A stretch of 64,000 nucleotides of DNA, from NCBI GenBank assembly GCA_903889445.1, contig CAISXF010000005.1, positions 151,030 to 215,029 of the forward strand, given 5' to 3'. The notes below the pieces were generated by a model. That model ran no database searches, was not told the DNA's origin, and saw nothing but the letters and a program-made list of their open reading frames with translations. The translations under genes and the position numbers were made by a program. Each line of letters begins with the position of its first letter. The first letter of the stretch is position 1. This stretch comes from an uncultured Pseudomonadota bacterium. GTDB lineage: Bacteria > Pseudomonadota > Gammaproteobacteria > Methylococcales > Methylomonadaceae. Below are positions 1-8,442 of this stretch, in pieces.

Positions 1-858
1 TGCGCCTGCATCGACATCAATCATAGCAGCGAAATAAATTGCCGCGACACCACGCATGACTTTAATCGACAAAGGCATTTCCGCCCACAAGGTCTGCAAC
101 GCGACACGATTTTTTTGTTCGGCAGCTTGTTTCAGCAAATTACTAAAAACTTCCGTTTCAACTAATTTCAATTCGGCTTCCATCAACACTTTGTGCGTGG
201 TGAGCGACGGAATTAGTGAACGTAGCGATTGCCAATCTTCGAGTTTTTGATAAGTTTGATGCAGCAAACGTAACACATTGGCTTGTTTGGGATTGATGGA
301 ATGCAAGCGCGTCAAGGTTTCGAGAGCTTGCTCATATTGCTGACCCGATAAATTCAATTCAGCTTGCGTCAAACCCACTGCAATTTCAGAATCGTCGCCA
401 TGTTCAGCGGCAAATTGTAAATACTCATCTCGTTTATCAAACGCGCCACGCGATTGTGCAGCGCGAGCGGCGGTTAAATAATGAATCAACGGCGCACCGC
501 TGTGTGAAGCGTGCTTAATTAAAATCGTTTCAGCCGCTTCCCAATTTCCTTCCGCAGAATCGACCAAGCCTTTGATTAAGGCTTTTTGTGATAACGCTAT
601 TTTGTTATTGGCAACACGCTTTTTGATTTTGGTTGGCAAGCGAACCGTCCAACCGAGCAGGCGAAAGCTAAAATATAATATGAAAAATACCGCAATCAAC
701 ACGCCCAAAAAGACAAATAACGATGTTTCCAACGACCATTGATCAATGCCGATTAACACATAACCCGCGCTGTTCAAATGTGTCAGAAACTGGCTACCGT
801 AAAAAGCCGCGGCGCCCAAACCACCTAAAATAATTAAAAGAAAAAGCATTTTTTTCAT
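1..858 (-). CDS. hemY: HemY (heme-biosynthesis-associated membrane/TPR protein), N-terminal 286 codons; 3' end lies beyond the left window edge
   Basis: Open minus-strand frame from ATG 858-856 to position 1, absent from the ORF track because it has no stop in the window. Translation MKKMLFLLIILGG..GYVLIGIDQWSLETS..AEGNWEAAE..HYLTAARAAQSRG resembles E. coli HemY. It sits after hemX as in hemCDXY. Confidence 0.85.
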   Translation of the reverse strand, partial: MKKMLFLLIILGGLGAAAFYGSQFLTHLNSAGYVLIGIDQWSLETSLFVFLGVLIAVFFILYFSFRLLGWTVRLPTKIKKRVANNKIALSQKALIKGLVDSAEGNWEAAETILIKHASHSGAPLIHYLTAARAAQSRGAFDKRDEYLQFAAEHGDDSEIAVGLTQAELNLSGQQYEQALETLTRLHSINPKQANVLRLLHQTYQKLEDWQSLRSLIPSLTTHKVLMEAELKLVETEVFSNLLKQAAEQKNRVALQTLWAEMPLSIKVMRGVAAIYFAAMIDVDAGA

Positions 859-870
859 GATGAATTTCTC

Positions 871-2022
871 TTATTGTTGCGCGGAAGGCGTGGTTTCAAC
901 TGCAACAGGCGCAGATTTCGCGGGACTTGAGAACGCTTTATCGGTTTCAATTCGCAATTTCGTAATGTCGCGCAACATTTTCAGCGACAAACTAATATCA
1001 GGGAATTGGCTACGAATCCGCACTTCAGCAATTTTATCCAGCGACGCGGCAAAGCGATCCGCTTCTTTTTCTTTAGCGAAATTTTGTAGTAACCATTTTT
1101 GCGCGTCACTTAAACTCGCTTGATAAAGTAAATCGTTTTGCTGAACGAGAGCGACGGTAATAATTTCTAATTTCACCCGCAATTGCTCACGAATAAATTG
1201 CGCTTGTTCGGGCGTTAAAATTTCGTTGACGTGTTGTTGAACGTGGCGAATCGTCACCATGGTTTCCAATTGCCCCATCAAATCTTTAGGTTCTTTTTTA
1301 ACGTCTGGCGCAACGGGTTTAATCGTTTCATCTTTACCCGCGTAAGGCAAAAGCAAAGTCAGCGAATCAATTTGCGTTTCCAACATTTGCAACGTCGAAT
1401 AAATACCGACAACATCTGCGGCATTGACGCGACTAATAGCGGCAATATCTTTCGCCAATTGTTCACGCACTTTATACGCTGCGGCATCACCACTTTCGCG
1501 CAAACGTTGATCGGCAGCTTCCAGAGCTTCTTTTGTGGTATTGACATCGCCCATCAAAAGTAAGCGTTGATTTGCCACACTCAACAAATACTCTGCGTCT
1601 GCTAATAACCAATCGCCGCGCGTTTTACCTAATTGGCGTTGTAATTTTTGAATTTCTTCGGATAATTCTTTGCGCGTTGTGTCTAATTTTTCGCCGTGTA
1701 ATTTTGAGAATTCAGTGACGCTATTCGTGAAATGTAATTCTTTATTACCCACTTCAGTTTGAACGGCGGCGAGCTGTGATTGAATTGCCGCAAGTTGCGA
1801 TTGATAATCGCTGATTTGTTGCGACACGGCACCTTTTACTTCGCCGCCCAAACCTTCTTGTTTGTCGCGCAATTGCGAAAGAAAATAATAGCCTGCGCCA
1901 GTAACGACAGCGATAACTAATAAAATGATTAAGCCAAACCAAAATCCGCTGCGAGAACGTCTGACCTCTGGCGGTGTATCTTTGACAGTTTGTTGTTCAA
2001 TCGCTTCAATCAATTCAGCCAC
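871..2022 (-). CDS. hemX: HemX (membrane protein often annotated uroporphyrinogen-III C-methyltransferase)
   Basis: 383-aa ORF with an N-terminal TM segment (FWFGLIILLVIAVVTGAGYYF) followed by coiled-coil repeats (QSQLAAIQSQLAAVQ). It lies between hemD and hemY and overlaps the hemD stop by 8 nt. Confidence 0.8.
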   Translation of the reverse strand: MAELIEAIEQQTVKDTPPEVRRSRSGFWFGLIILLVIAVVTGAGYYFLSQLRDKQEGLGGEVKGAVSQQISDYQSQLAAIQSQLAAVQTEVGNKELHFTNSVTEFSKLHGEKLDTTRKELSEEIQKLQRQLGKTRGDWLLADAEYLLSVANQRLLLMGDVNTTKEALEAADQRLRESGDAAAYKVREQLAKDIAAISRVNAADVVGIYSTLQMLETQIDSLTLLLPYAGKDETIKPVAPDVKKEPKDLMGQLETMVTIRHVQQHVNEILTPEQAQFIREQLRVKLEIITVALVQQNDLLYQASLSDAQKWLLQNFAKEKEADRFAASLDKIAEVRIRSQFPDISLSLKMLRDITKLRIETDKAFSSPAKSAPVAVETTPSAQQ

Positions 2023-2791
2023 TTTCTTCCCCGTTTATTATCGTCGTTATTGTATTAAGAATTGCGTCATCTGACGGTGTTTGCGCGAGTGCGATAGTTT
2101 CAAAACCGAGATTTTTTGCAATGGTTCGAATGCGCTCGCTGACTACTATTAAAGGTATTTTTTTTAACAAATCGTGTTGCGATTTTGGCAACATTTGCAC
2201 TAAATTTTGTATCGCTTCGCCGCTCGTTATCGTCATTAAATCTAAACGTTTTTCCGTGATTAACTGCGACACTTCGCGGCAATCGATTTGCGGAATTTCA
2301 CGCCGATAAACATTTTCATAATAAACATTTGCGCCACGGTTTTTCAATGTTTCTGCTAACATTTCACGTCCATTTTCACCCCGAATTATCACGATATTTT
2401 TCTGTGAAACATGCTGTAATTCGGATAAATCTAATAATGCCTCACTATTATAACCATGCTGAGGCATTAAATCGACGTTCAAACCGACAGTTTTTAAGGC
2501 TTGCGCGGTCGCTTGACCGATTGCCAAACACGATTTTGTTTTCAAGTCGCGCATTTTAGCATCATCCAACTGTGAACAATAACAACGCACCGCATTTGTG
2601 CTGGTAAAAATAACAAAAATTGCCGATGTTAAACGCTGCTCAATTTCGGCTTCGCTTAAAATTATCGGAATAATTTCGAGCGTTGGCAAACGAATCGGAA
2701 TGCCATTATGAGCGTGAATTAACGCGCACAAATTTTCGGCTTGATGTGCGGGGCGCGTGACTAAAATTCGCGCTTGTTTTAAATCAATCAT
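2015..2791 (-). CDS. hemD: Uroporphyrinogen-III synthase
   Basis: 258-aa ORF. The N-terminus ..ILVTRPAHQAENLCALI.. matches the HemD pattern (E. coli MSILVTRPSPAGEEL). Operon position is directly upstream of hemX. Confidence 0.85.
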   Translation of the reverse strand: MIDLKQARILVTRPAHQAENLCALIHAHNGIPIRLPTLEIIPIILSEAEIEQRLTSAIFVIFTSTNAVRCYCSQLDDAKMRDLKTKSCLAIGQATAQALKTVGLNVDLMPQHGYNSEALLDLSELQHVSQKNIVIIRGENGREMLAETLKNRGANVYYENVYRREIPQIDCREVSQLITEKRLDLMTITSGEAIQNLVQMLPKSQHDLLKKIPLIVVSERIRTIAKNLGFETIALAQTPSDDAILNTITTIINGEESG

Positions 2792-2794
2792 CGT

Positions 2795-5470
2795 TTAATC
2801 ACGCGATTGAAAATGTAAAAAATCAATCAAACGCATGGATTCGCTGACTTCGTTATGCGGTAATAACAGATATTTCCATGATTTTGTCGTCACTTTTTTA
2901 GCGTGAACAGATGCATTTTGACACCATGTTTTTGCGGCAATCGCTTTGGATTGTACTTCTTGCGTGTCAATGTCGTTTTGCGCTTTGGTTTCGACCATAA
3001 AAATACTGGTCTCCGTTTCAGCGATAAAATCAGGAATATATTCGGGCTGTTCTGTACCCGATTTATAGTAAATCTGGAATTGACCTTTAACTGGTTTGAA
3101 CCATTTCAACGCATCGCGTTCAAGAATAATAGCAAAACGTCGCTCTGTATCCGAATCAAATTTTTGTAGCGGGTATAAACATTTTTGAAAACCGCTAAAA
3201 ATCATTTTTTTGATGTTTGCTTTATCCACTAGGGTTTCACGAAAATAACGCGCTTTTTGTTCGGTTGCCGTGTAGTTGCACGGTTTTAATTCCGTAAAAC
3301 CGCGACTAATTTTAACTTCATAATCCGTCGCTTGTTCCCAAAAATGCGCCACCATTTGTGCGTGAATTTCTTTGGCAATTAAACGATTATCGTGGTGTAA
3401 AACATTTTTGGCATTGGCTTCAGATAAGTAACTTCGCAAATGTTCAACCATTTGACCAGTCAAATCATAAAGCAATTCGGATTGGGTGAAATAATCTATA
3501 TCTTCAAAATCAACCAACGCATGAATCAGATAATCTTCTAATCGTGCCTGTTTTAATCCTGTTTCAGCCGCCAGAGTAAATTGTTCATTGGTTCGCAAAT
3601 TCTGTCCCACAATTTCATGTTCGCGTGCTTGCAAATGCAATTTGCTAATGTCGAGTTTAAAAGGATGAAAACCTGTTGTGATTTCACCTGTTGGCACAAC
3701 AGTGATTCGAGGAATATCGATAGTTTGTTGTACAACTAACTCCGTTGTTTTGCTTACTACTTGAGATAAATCAATTTTTTCTTCCGTGAAAATGCTTGCT
3801 TGATTTGGTCTTAAACGTTCTGTGACTTCCGCGAGAATTTCTTTTTGTACCTGTGCATTGAGCAACGCGCCACTGGTTGGCACAAAATCACATTGTGTTT
3901 CAAATGAACGAATAACATCTAAGGTTGTTTTTGCCGCCAACAATTCCGATTCAGAAACAAATAACGGGGGCTTTTCTGTTGTTGATTCGGAATTTTTTAC
4001 GATGCCAAGTTTCGTATAAAGGTTTGATTCGACGTAAACACTGATTTTTTGTTCTTGTTCATTCGGTTTTTCTAAAATCACTTGTTTCAATCGAATAGGA
4101 GAATCACCTCGATTGGCTGCGTCGATGATTTCTTGAAATTTATCATGTGCCACAATGTTTAAACGGTCTACCGCATCAATGCCTGTGCGCTTTCCATAAG
4201 GCAAACGCAATCCCCGTCCAATCGATTGTTCGATCAAGGTTCGGGCATTCGCCGCACGCAACGGCACAATTGTATAAAGATTGGTCACGTCCCAACCTTC
4301 TTTAAGCATATTGACGTGAATCACAATCTCGGTTGGTTCATCGACACTTTCCACCGCCAATAATCGCGCAATCATGATTTCTTCTTCTGCGCCCGATTTG
4401 CTCGAATCAACTTGAATCACTTTGCCGCGATAACGTCCCTCATGAAATTGCTCAGATTCTATTAGCGTTAATAATTGCGCGGCGTGCGTGGTATCGCGTG
4501 CAATTACCAACATAAAAGGTTTCACTAATTTGACGTTGTTTTCACGCGAATACGTTAAAAGTTCGACTTTCGTGGTTTCGTGCAAACGCACGCCGTCTTC
4601 TAATTTTATTTTTTCAAGTTCTTCGGGCGAATAGGCTTTTACATCAAAACCACGTTGCGTCACAACAGCGGGTTCTTTGACAAAACCGTCTTCCATTGCA
4701 CGCGCTAACGGATAATCAACAACCACATTTTTAAACGGTATCGGAGCGCGTGAAGTTTCAACAAAAGGTGTGGCAGTGAGTTCTAAACCTAACAAGGGTT
4801 TAAGTTCGTTAATGGCACGCATTCCCGCTTGAGCGCGATAACGGTGCGATTCGTCCATCAGCAAAACTAAATCAGGCAATTCCGCCAAATAATTAAAATA
4901 GCTGTCGCCCAGATATTCGGATAAACGTTTTATTTTGGGTGATTTTCCACCGCGAACTTCAGACGTGATTTTGGCAATGTTGAAAATGTTAATTGAAATC
5001 GCGCCAAAAATATCCAGCGCACGACCTTTGGTCTCGTAGTCATCGCCAGTAATGACTTTCGGCGGATTGATGGCAAATTCTGAAATGCCTTTGAACACAT
5101 ATTTCGGCGTGTTGGGCGTGAAATCTGCGATGAGTTTGTTATAAATCGTTAAGTTTGGCGCGAGGACAAAAAAATGATTGATGCCGTGTGCAAGATGTAA
5201 ATAGGAAATAAATGCGCCCATCAAGCGCGTTTTGCCCACGCCCGTCGCTAATGCAAAACACAACGATGGAAAATCACGCTCAAAATCTTCAAGCGTCGAA
5301 AACTCCATTTTTAACGTTTCTAAAATCGCCGTTAAATCACGCTCTTGTTTTAAAACATCGGGCGATAAATCGATGGTTTTTGCAAGACTGGTTAGCGATT
5401 CGGCTTGTGGCGCACGCAACGATAATCGTCCGATAAGATTGTGAAGTATTTTTGATTTCATGTTTTCCAT
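2795..5470 (-). CDS. res: Type III restriction enzyme Res subunit (SF2 helicase plus C-terminal PD-ExK nuclease)
   Basis: 891-aa ORF with Walker A ALATGVGKT, DExH box LLMDESHRYRA and a helicase C region ..IGRGLRLPYG... A C-terminal nuclease-like motif YIPDF..x13..MVETK is present. It lies downstream of a mod gene on the same strand. Confidence 0.85.
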   Translation of the reverse strand: MENMKSKILHNLIGRLSLRAPQAESLTSLAKTIDLSPDVLKQERDLTAILETLKMEFSTLEDFERDFPSLCFALATGVGKTRLMGAFISYLHLAHGINHFFVLAPNLTIYNKLIADFTPNTPKYVFKGISEFAINPPKVITGDDYETKGRALDIFGAISINIFNIAKITSEVRGGKSPKIKRLSEYLGDSYFNYLAELPDLVLLMDESHRYRAQAGMRAINELKPLLGLELTATPFVETSRAPIPFKNVVVDYPLARAMEDGFVKEPAVVTQRGFDVKAYSPEELEKIKLEDGVRLHETTKVELLTYSRENNVKLVKPFMLVIARDTTHAAQLLTLIESEQFHEGRYRGKVIQVDSSKSGAEEEIMIARLLAVESVDEPTEIVIHVNMLKEGWDVTNLYTIVPLRAANARTLIEQSIGRGLRLPYGKRTGIDAVDRLNIVAHDKFQEIIDAANRGDSPIRLKQVILEKPNEQEQKISVYVESNLYTKLGIVKNSESTTEKPPLFVSESELLAAKTTLDVIRSFETQCDFVPTSGALLNAQVQKEILAEVTERLRPNQASIFTEEKIDLSQVVSKTTELVVQQTIDIPRITVVPTGEITTGFHPFKLDISKLHLQAREHEIVGQNLRTNEQFTLAAETGLKQARLEDYLIHALVDFEDIDYFTQSELLYDLTGQMVEHLRSYLSEANAKNVLHHDNRLIAKEIHAQMVAHFWEQATDYEVKISRGFTELKPCNYTATEQKARYFRETLVDKANIKKMIFSGFQKCLYPLQKFDSDTERRFAIILERDALKWFKPVKGQFQIYYKSGTEQPEYIPDFIAETETSIFMVETKAQNDIDTQEVQSKAIAAKTWCQNASVHAKKVTTKSWKYLLLPHNEVSESMRLIDFLHFQSRD

Positions 5471-5483
5471 TTGTGTGTCGATA

Positions 5484-5544
5484 TGCGGCTAAAGCCGCAC
5501 CTATATTTGTGTTTGTGATTATCGTAGGTGCGGCTTTAGCCGCA
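5484..5544. repeat. REP doublet (REPIN), head-to-head, 19-nt spacer
   Basis: 5484-5504 tgcggctaaagccgcacctat is the inverted partner of 5524-5544 GTAGGTGCGGCTTTAGCCGCA. Each unit is itself a hairpin (tgcggc/gccgca). The left unit has a degenerate head (ATAG instead of GTAG). Confidence 0.9.
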
Positions 5545-5550
5545 TTGTAT

Positions 5551-6006
5551 TTATAACCATATCGCGTCCCAATGCGAATAATCGCCGATGTTTTTTACCA
5601 AGTTGGCGCGCAGTGGATTTGCCACAATATATCGGGCAATCGATTGAACATCTTCCTCTTCGCGCAACGCATGGTCATAAAAATTCCTTTGCCATAACGT
5701 TCCATTTTGTCCTAAATAACCATTGATTTCACGCGCCGAACGACCTTTAAAAACACCAACTATTTCAGATAAAGATTTTGTTGTTTCTCCTAACTGAAAT
5801 AACCAATGCACATGGTCTGGCATAACAACCCACGCCATCGAATAAACAATTTTTTGTTCGTGCAATAATTTCATATTTTGAACCACTAAACGAGCGCACT
5901 TGAAATTCTCAAAATAACGCGCCTTTCGATTTGCAAGCACCGTTGTTACAAAATATGCACGTCCATTTTCACTAAATCGTCCTTTGCGTAAATCATCATA
6001 AGCCAT
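5551..6006 (-). mobile_element. rayT: REP-associated tyrosine transposase (RAYT, IS200/IS605-like HUH Y1 transposase), 151 aa
   Basis: From ATG 6006: MAYDDLRKGRFSENGRAYFVTTV... It carries the HUH motif VVMPDHVHWLFQ and the catalytic Tyr region ARYIVANPLRANLV. REP doublets flank it on both sides. The 186-aa ORF in the track is an upstream read-through across the REP doublet. Confidence 0.85.
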
Positions 6007-6027
6007 TGTTAAAATTCCTAATTTAAA

Positions 6028-6085
6028 TGCGGCTAAAGCCGCACCTACAGTTTTTAATAATTTTGTAGGTGCGGCTTTAGCCGCA
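6028..6085. repeat. REP doublet (REPIN), head-to-head, 16-nt spacer
   Basis: 6028-6048 tgcggctaaagccgcacctac and 6065-6085 GTAGGTGCGGCTTTAGCCGCA are perfect 21-nt inverted copies. They lie in the 97-nt gap between the mod stop (6104) and the RAYT start (6006). Confidence 0.92.
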
Positions 6086-6103
6086 TTGTAATCACATAAC
6101 TCA

Positions 6104-7825
6104 TCAATCAAACAAATCCATCGTACCGTTATCTTTGCGTTTTACCGATTCAAACGATTTCAAATCCGACGGTTGCGCCATCGGTAAATTCGCCACATTC
6201 AAACTGTAATCATCATGTCCCCATTCACAACGCGCCAAAATCATTTTGGGGATTTTTTTAAGCGTTAAATTCGCCCAACGTTCCACCGCCTCCGTACCAC
6301 TCACACCATGAAACGCACTGCAACAAATCAACAAACTTTGCGTGCCGACTTCTTCCGAAAGCATCTGCAATTGTTGCGCGGAAAGATTTTGCGTCGTGAC
6401 GTAAATAAAATCATTTTCGGACGAATAACCGTGTTTCCACCACTGCGTTTCAGAGGGCGCGTAAGTGAAACCTTCTAATTTCGCTAACGCTTCGGCTAAC
6501 ATCGCAGGATTATATTCAGGATTGATAATTTCCATGCCCCAACGGTCTTTAATAATCAAAGTCGGCGCGAGTTTGTAATAACGAAAACCACCGCCACCTT
6601 TCCAATTCACCGTTTTAGAAATCCCGCCTTGGTCTTCGCCATCAATCACTTTTTGCAAACGCGGCATAATATGCGTGTGGCAATGTTCACCGAGTTCAAT
6701 CATTATCCAACGTCGTCCCATTTTTTGAGCCACTGCACCTGTTGTGCCTGAACCTGCAAAGGAATCTAAAACAAGGTCGTTTGGATTTGTGGCAATTTCG
6801 AGAACACGTTTAATTAAACGTTCTGGTTTTGGAGTTGCAAATAGTTCAGAGGTTGTCACGTCTGGAAATAGTTTTTTTAGTTCATATTTGGCTTGTCTAT
6901 TATGTCCAGTTGCATCTAAATCATCCCATATTGTTGAAGGGGATAATCCACCTTGGTCTGCCAAATATGTTTTTTTAATTACACGAGTTCCATCTTTTGA
7001 AAAAACGAGTTCTTTACGGTCAATCATTTCTTGTACCCGTGATTCACTCCAACGCCAACCATTTTTAGGCGGTTCAATTTCTACACCCGTAGGACTAAAT
7101 ATAGTAAATCGCAAATTTGGTCTTGGATTTGGTGATGATAAATTTCCTGAAAACCAGTCGCCTCTTGGGTCATTATCTGGATTTGAATAATGGGCATTAG
7201 AGTCATCGGTTCGAGCTAAAGGAATACTTCGCCAACCTGTGTTTTTTGAATAAACCAATATCTGGTTGTGGTCTAAAGAAAATTGTTTTGCGTCATTATT
7301 TGATGAATCTGCTGATCGCCAAGCTATTGAAGCTACAAAACATGAACGTCCAAACAATTCATCACACAACACTTTCAAATAATGCGCTTCGTTGTCATCA
7401 ATCGTAATCCACAATGAACCGTCATCAGCAAGCAAAGAACGGATAATTTCTAAGCGGTCACGCATCAAACCGAGCCAAATCGAATGTTCTAAACCGTCAT
7501 CGTAATGTTGGAATGCGCTGCCTGTGTTGTAAGGCGGGTCGATAAAAACGCATTTAATTTTGCCTGTAAATTCTTGTTCTAAGGCTTTGAGTGCAAGCAA
7601 GTTGTCACCGAAAATCAAACGGTTGTCAAAAATATCTTGTGTAGGTGCGGCTTCAGCCGCATTGTTCGACGACGTACCATTTGTTGCGGCTGAAGCCGCA
7701 CCTACAAATGGGAATCGTCTAAATTTTGCATGGTAGGATTTTTCTTTGTCTTCAAGCAGAATGCGTGGCTCTAAACGTGGGCGTTTTTCTTTGCCAATCC
7801 ATGTTAGTTCTAGTTTTTGTTTCAT
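6104..7825 (-). CDS. mod: Type III-like DNA methyltransferase Mod (beta-class N6-adenine/N4-cytosine MTase)
   Basis: 573-aa ORF. Motif IV FIDPPYNTG comes before motif I DSFAGSGTTG, which is the beta permutation. The N-terminus KLELTWIGKEKRPRLEPRILLED is typical of Mod-type methylases. It is upstream of and co-oriented with res. Confidence 0.85.
   Translation of the reverse strand: MKQKLELTWIGKEKRPRLEPRILLEDKEKSYHAKFRRFPFVGAASAATNGTSSNNAAEAAPTQDIFDNRLIFGDNLLALKALEQEFTGKIKCVFIDPPYNTGSAFQHYDDGLEHSIWLGLMRDRLEIIRSLLADDGSLWITIDDNEAHYLKVLCDELFGRSCFVASIAWRSADSSNNDAKQFSLDHNQILVYSKNTGWRSIPLARTDDSNAHYSNPDNDPRGDWFSGNLSSPNPRPNLRFTIFSPTGVEIEPPKNGWRWSESRVQEMIDRKELVFSKDGTRVIKKTYLADQGGLSPSTIWDDLDATGHNRQAKYELKKLFPDVTTSELFATPKPERLIKRVLEIATNPNDLVLDSFAGSGTTGAVAQKMGRRWIMIELGEHCHTHIMPRLQKVIDGEDQGGISKTVNWKGGGGFRYYKLAPTLIIKDRWGMEIINPEYNPAMLAEALAKLEGFTYAPSETQWWKHGYSSENDFIYVTTQNLSAQQLQMLSEEVGTQSLLICCSAFHGVSGTEAVERWANLTLKKIPKMILARCEWGHDDYSLNVANLPMAQPSDLKSFESVKRKDNGTMDLFD
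7641..7705. repeat. REP doublet (REPIN variant, tail-to-tail, 23-nt spacer) embedded in the mod coding sequence
   Basis: 7641-7661 GTAGGTGCGGCTTCAGCCGCA and 7685-7705 tgcggctgaagccgcacctac. This is the same 21-mer as the RAYT-flanking REPs except the loop is TTCA rather than TTTA in both arms. It is translated in-frame as ..FVGAASAATNGTSSNNAAEAAPT.. of Mod. Confidence 0.9.
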
Positions 7826-7878
7826 CGTGTTTAAAGTTTCCTAAAAGGTAGCGAGCGACAATCTAAGCTCTTCAAATT

Positions 7879-8442
7879 TCATTGCAACACCCATTCAATT
7901 TTAAAAAGTGTTCGTTCGTGTATTTTCTGCTCTAACTGCTTTTCAAGCTCTTCAATCAAGTCATTACGTTCAGCTTCAATTTTATCCTGATTAACAAACA
8001 ACTCACGCCGTAATTTACTGCGCTTGGTTTCAAGTTCACGTTGCTGTTTTTGCCAATGCAATTTTTCTTCAAGTGTTGGCGAACCCGAAGCCGTGCGGCG
8101 AACTTCTTTAATTTCACGGTCGATTTCTTTAATTTCCTGTTCTAAACCGTGTTTCAAATCATCCGCCCACGCATCGAGCTTTTCAACTTCTAAGTCAAAA
8201 TAACCTAAATTACGTTGATTGATGTCACGCAAAAGCATAGATTTTCGCGTTTCAATATCGTTTAACAACGGCGTATCTTTTAATTCAAAATCTGTCGCAG
8301 GTAAAACGTGTGCGGGAATACGCAATAATTTTTCAGGGTCATATTCTTCCAAAACACTGCCATCGAACTGACAAGCTGAAACAATTAAATGTTCTTCGAC
8401 GTTTCCGAAACATTCACAACAAACAAGCTCACACTCAACCAA
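7879..8442 (-). CDS. C-terminal part of the SNF2-family protein (coiled-coil tail), separated from the body by a frameshift
   Basis: 187-aa frame opening at a TTG directly after an in-frame TAA. It overlaps the end of the 8385-10775 frame by 58 nt. The sequence is highly charged with heptad-like repeats: EIKEIDREIKEVRR..KRSKLRRELFVNQDKIEAERNDLIEELEKQLEQK. No independent ATG or SD was seen. Confidence 0.6.
   Translation of the reverse strand: MVECELVCCECFGNVEEHLIVSACQFDGSVLEEYDPEKLLRIPAHVLPATDFELKDTPLLNDIETRKSMLLRDINQRNLGYFDLEVEKLDAWADDLKHGLEQEIKEIDREIKEVRRTASGSPTLEEKLHWQKQQRELETKRSKLRRELFVNQDKIEAERNDLIEELEKQLEQKIHERTLFKIEWVLQ

Noticed and set aside
5551-6111. 186-aa version of the RAYT ORF starting at 6111
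   Set aside because: The first 35 codons start at a TTG, overlap the mod stop, and simply translate the REP doublet (..NAAKAAPTKLLKTVGAALAAF..). Homology to RAYTs begins at the ATG at 6006.
6240-6265. Homopolymer tracts in mod (A7/T7 near 6250-6262) as phase-variation switches
   Set aside because: The tracts are short, lie close to the 3' end of the gene, and are unlike the long simple-sequence repeats that drive Type III mod phase variation. There is no evidence of slippage.
6744-7190. 148-aa plus-strand ORF inside mod
   Set aside because: It is antisense to a well-supported methyltransferase frame, has a low-complexity Ser/Phe-rich translation, and carries no motifs. It is a typical shadow ORF.
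5484-7705. Repeated 21-mers as a possible CRISPR array
   Set aside because: There are only six copies, arranged as three inverted pairs with irregular spacing. Each is a hairpin with a GTAG head next to a RAYT gene, and no cas genes are present. These are REP/REPIN elements.
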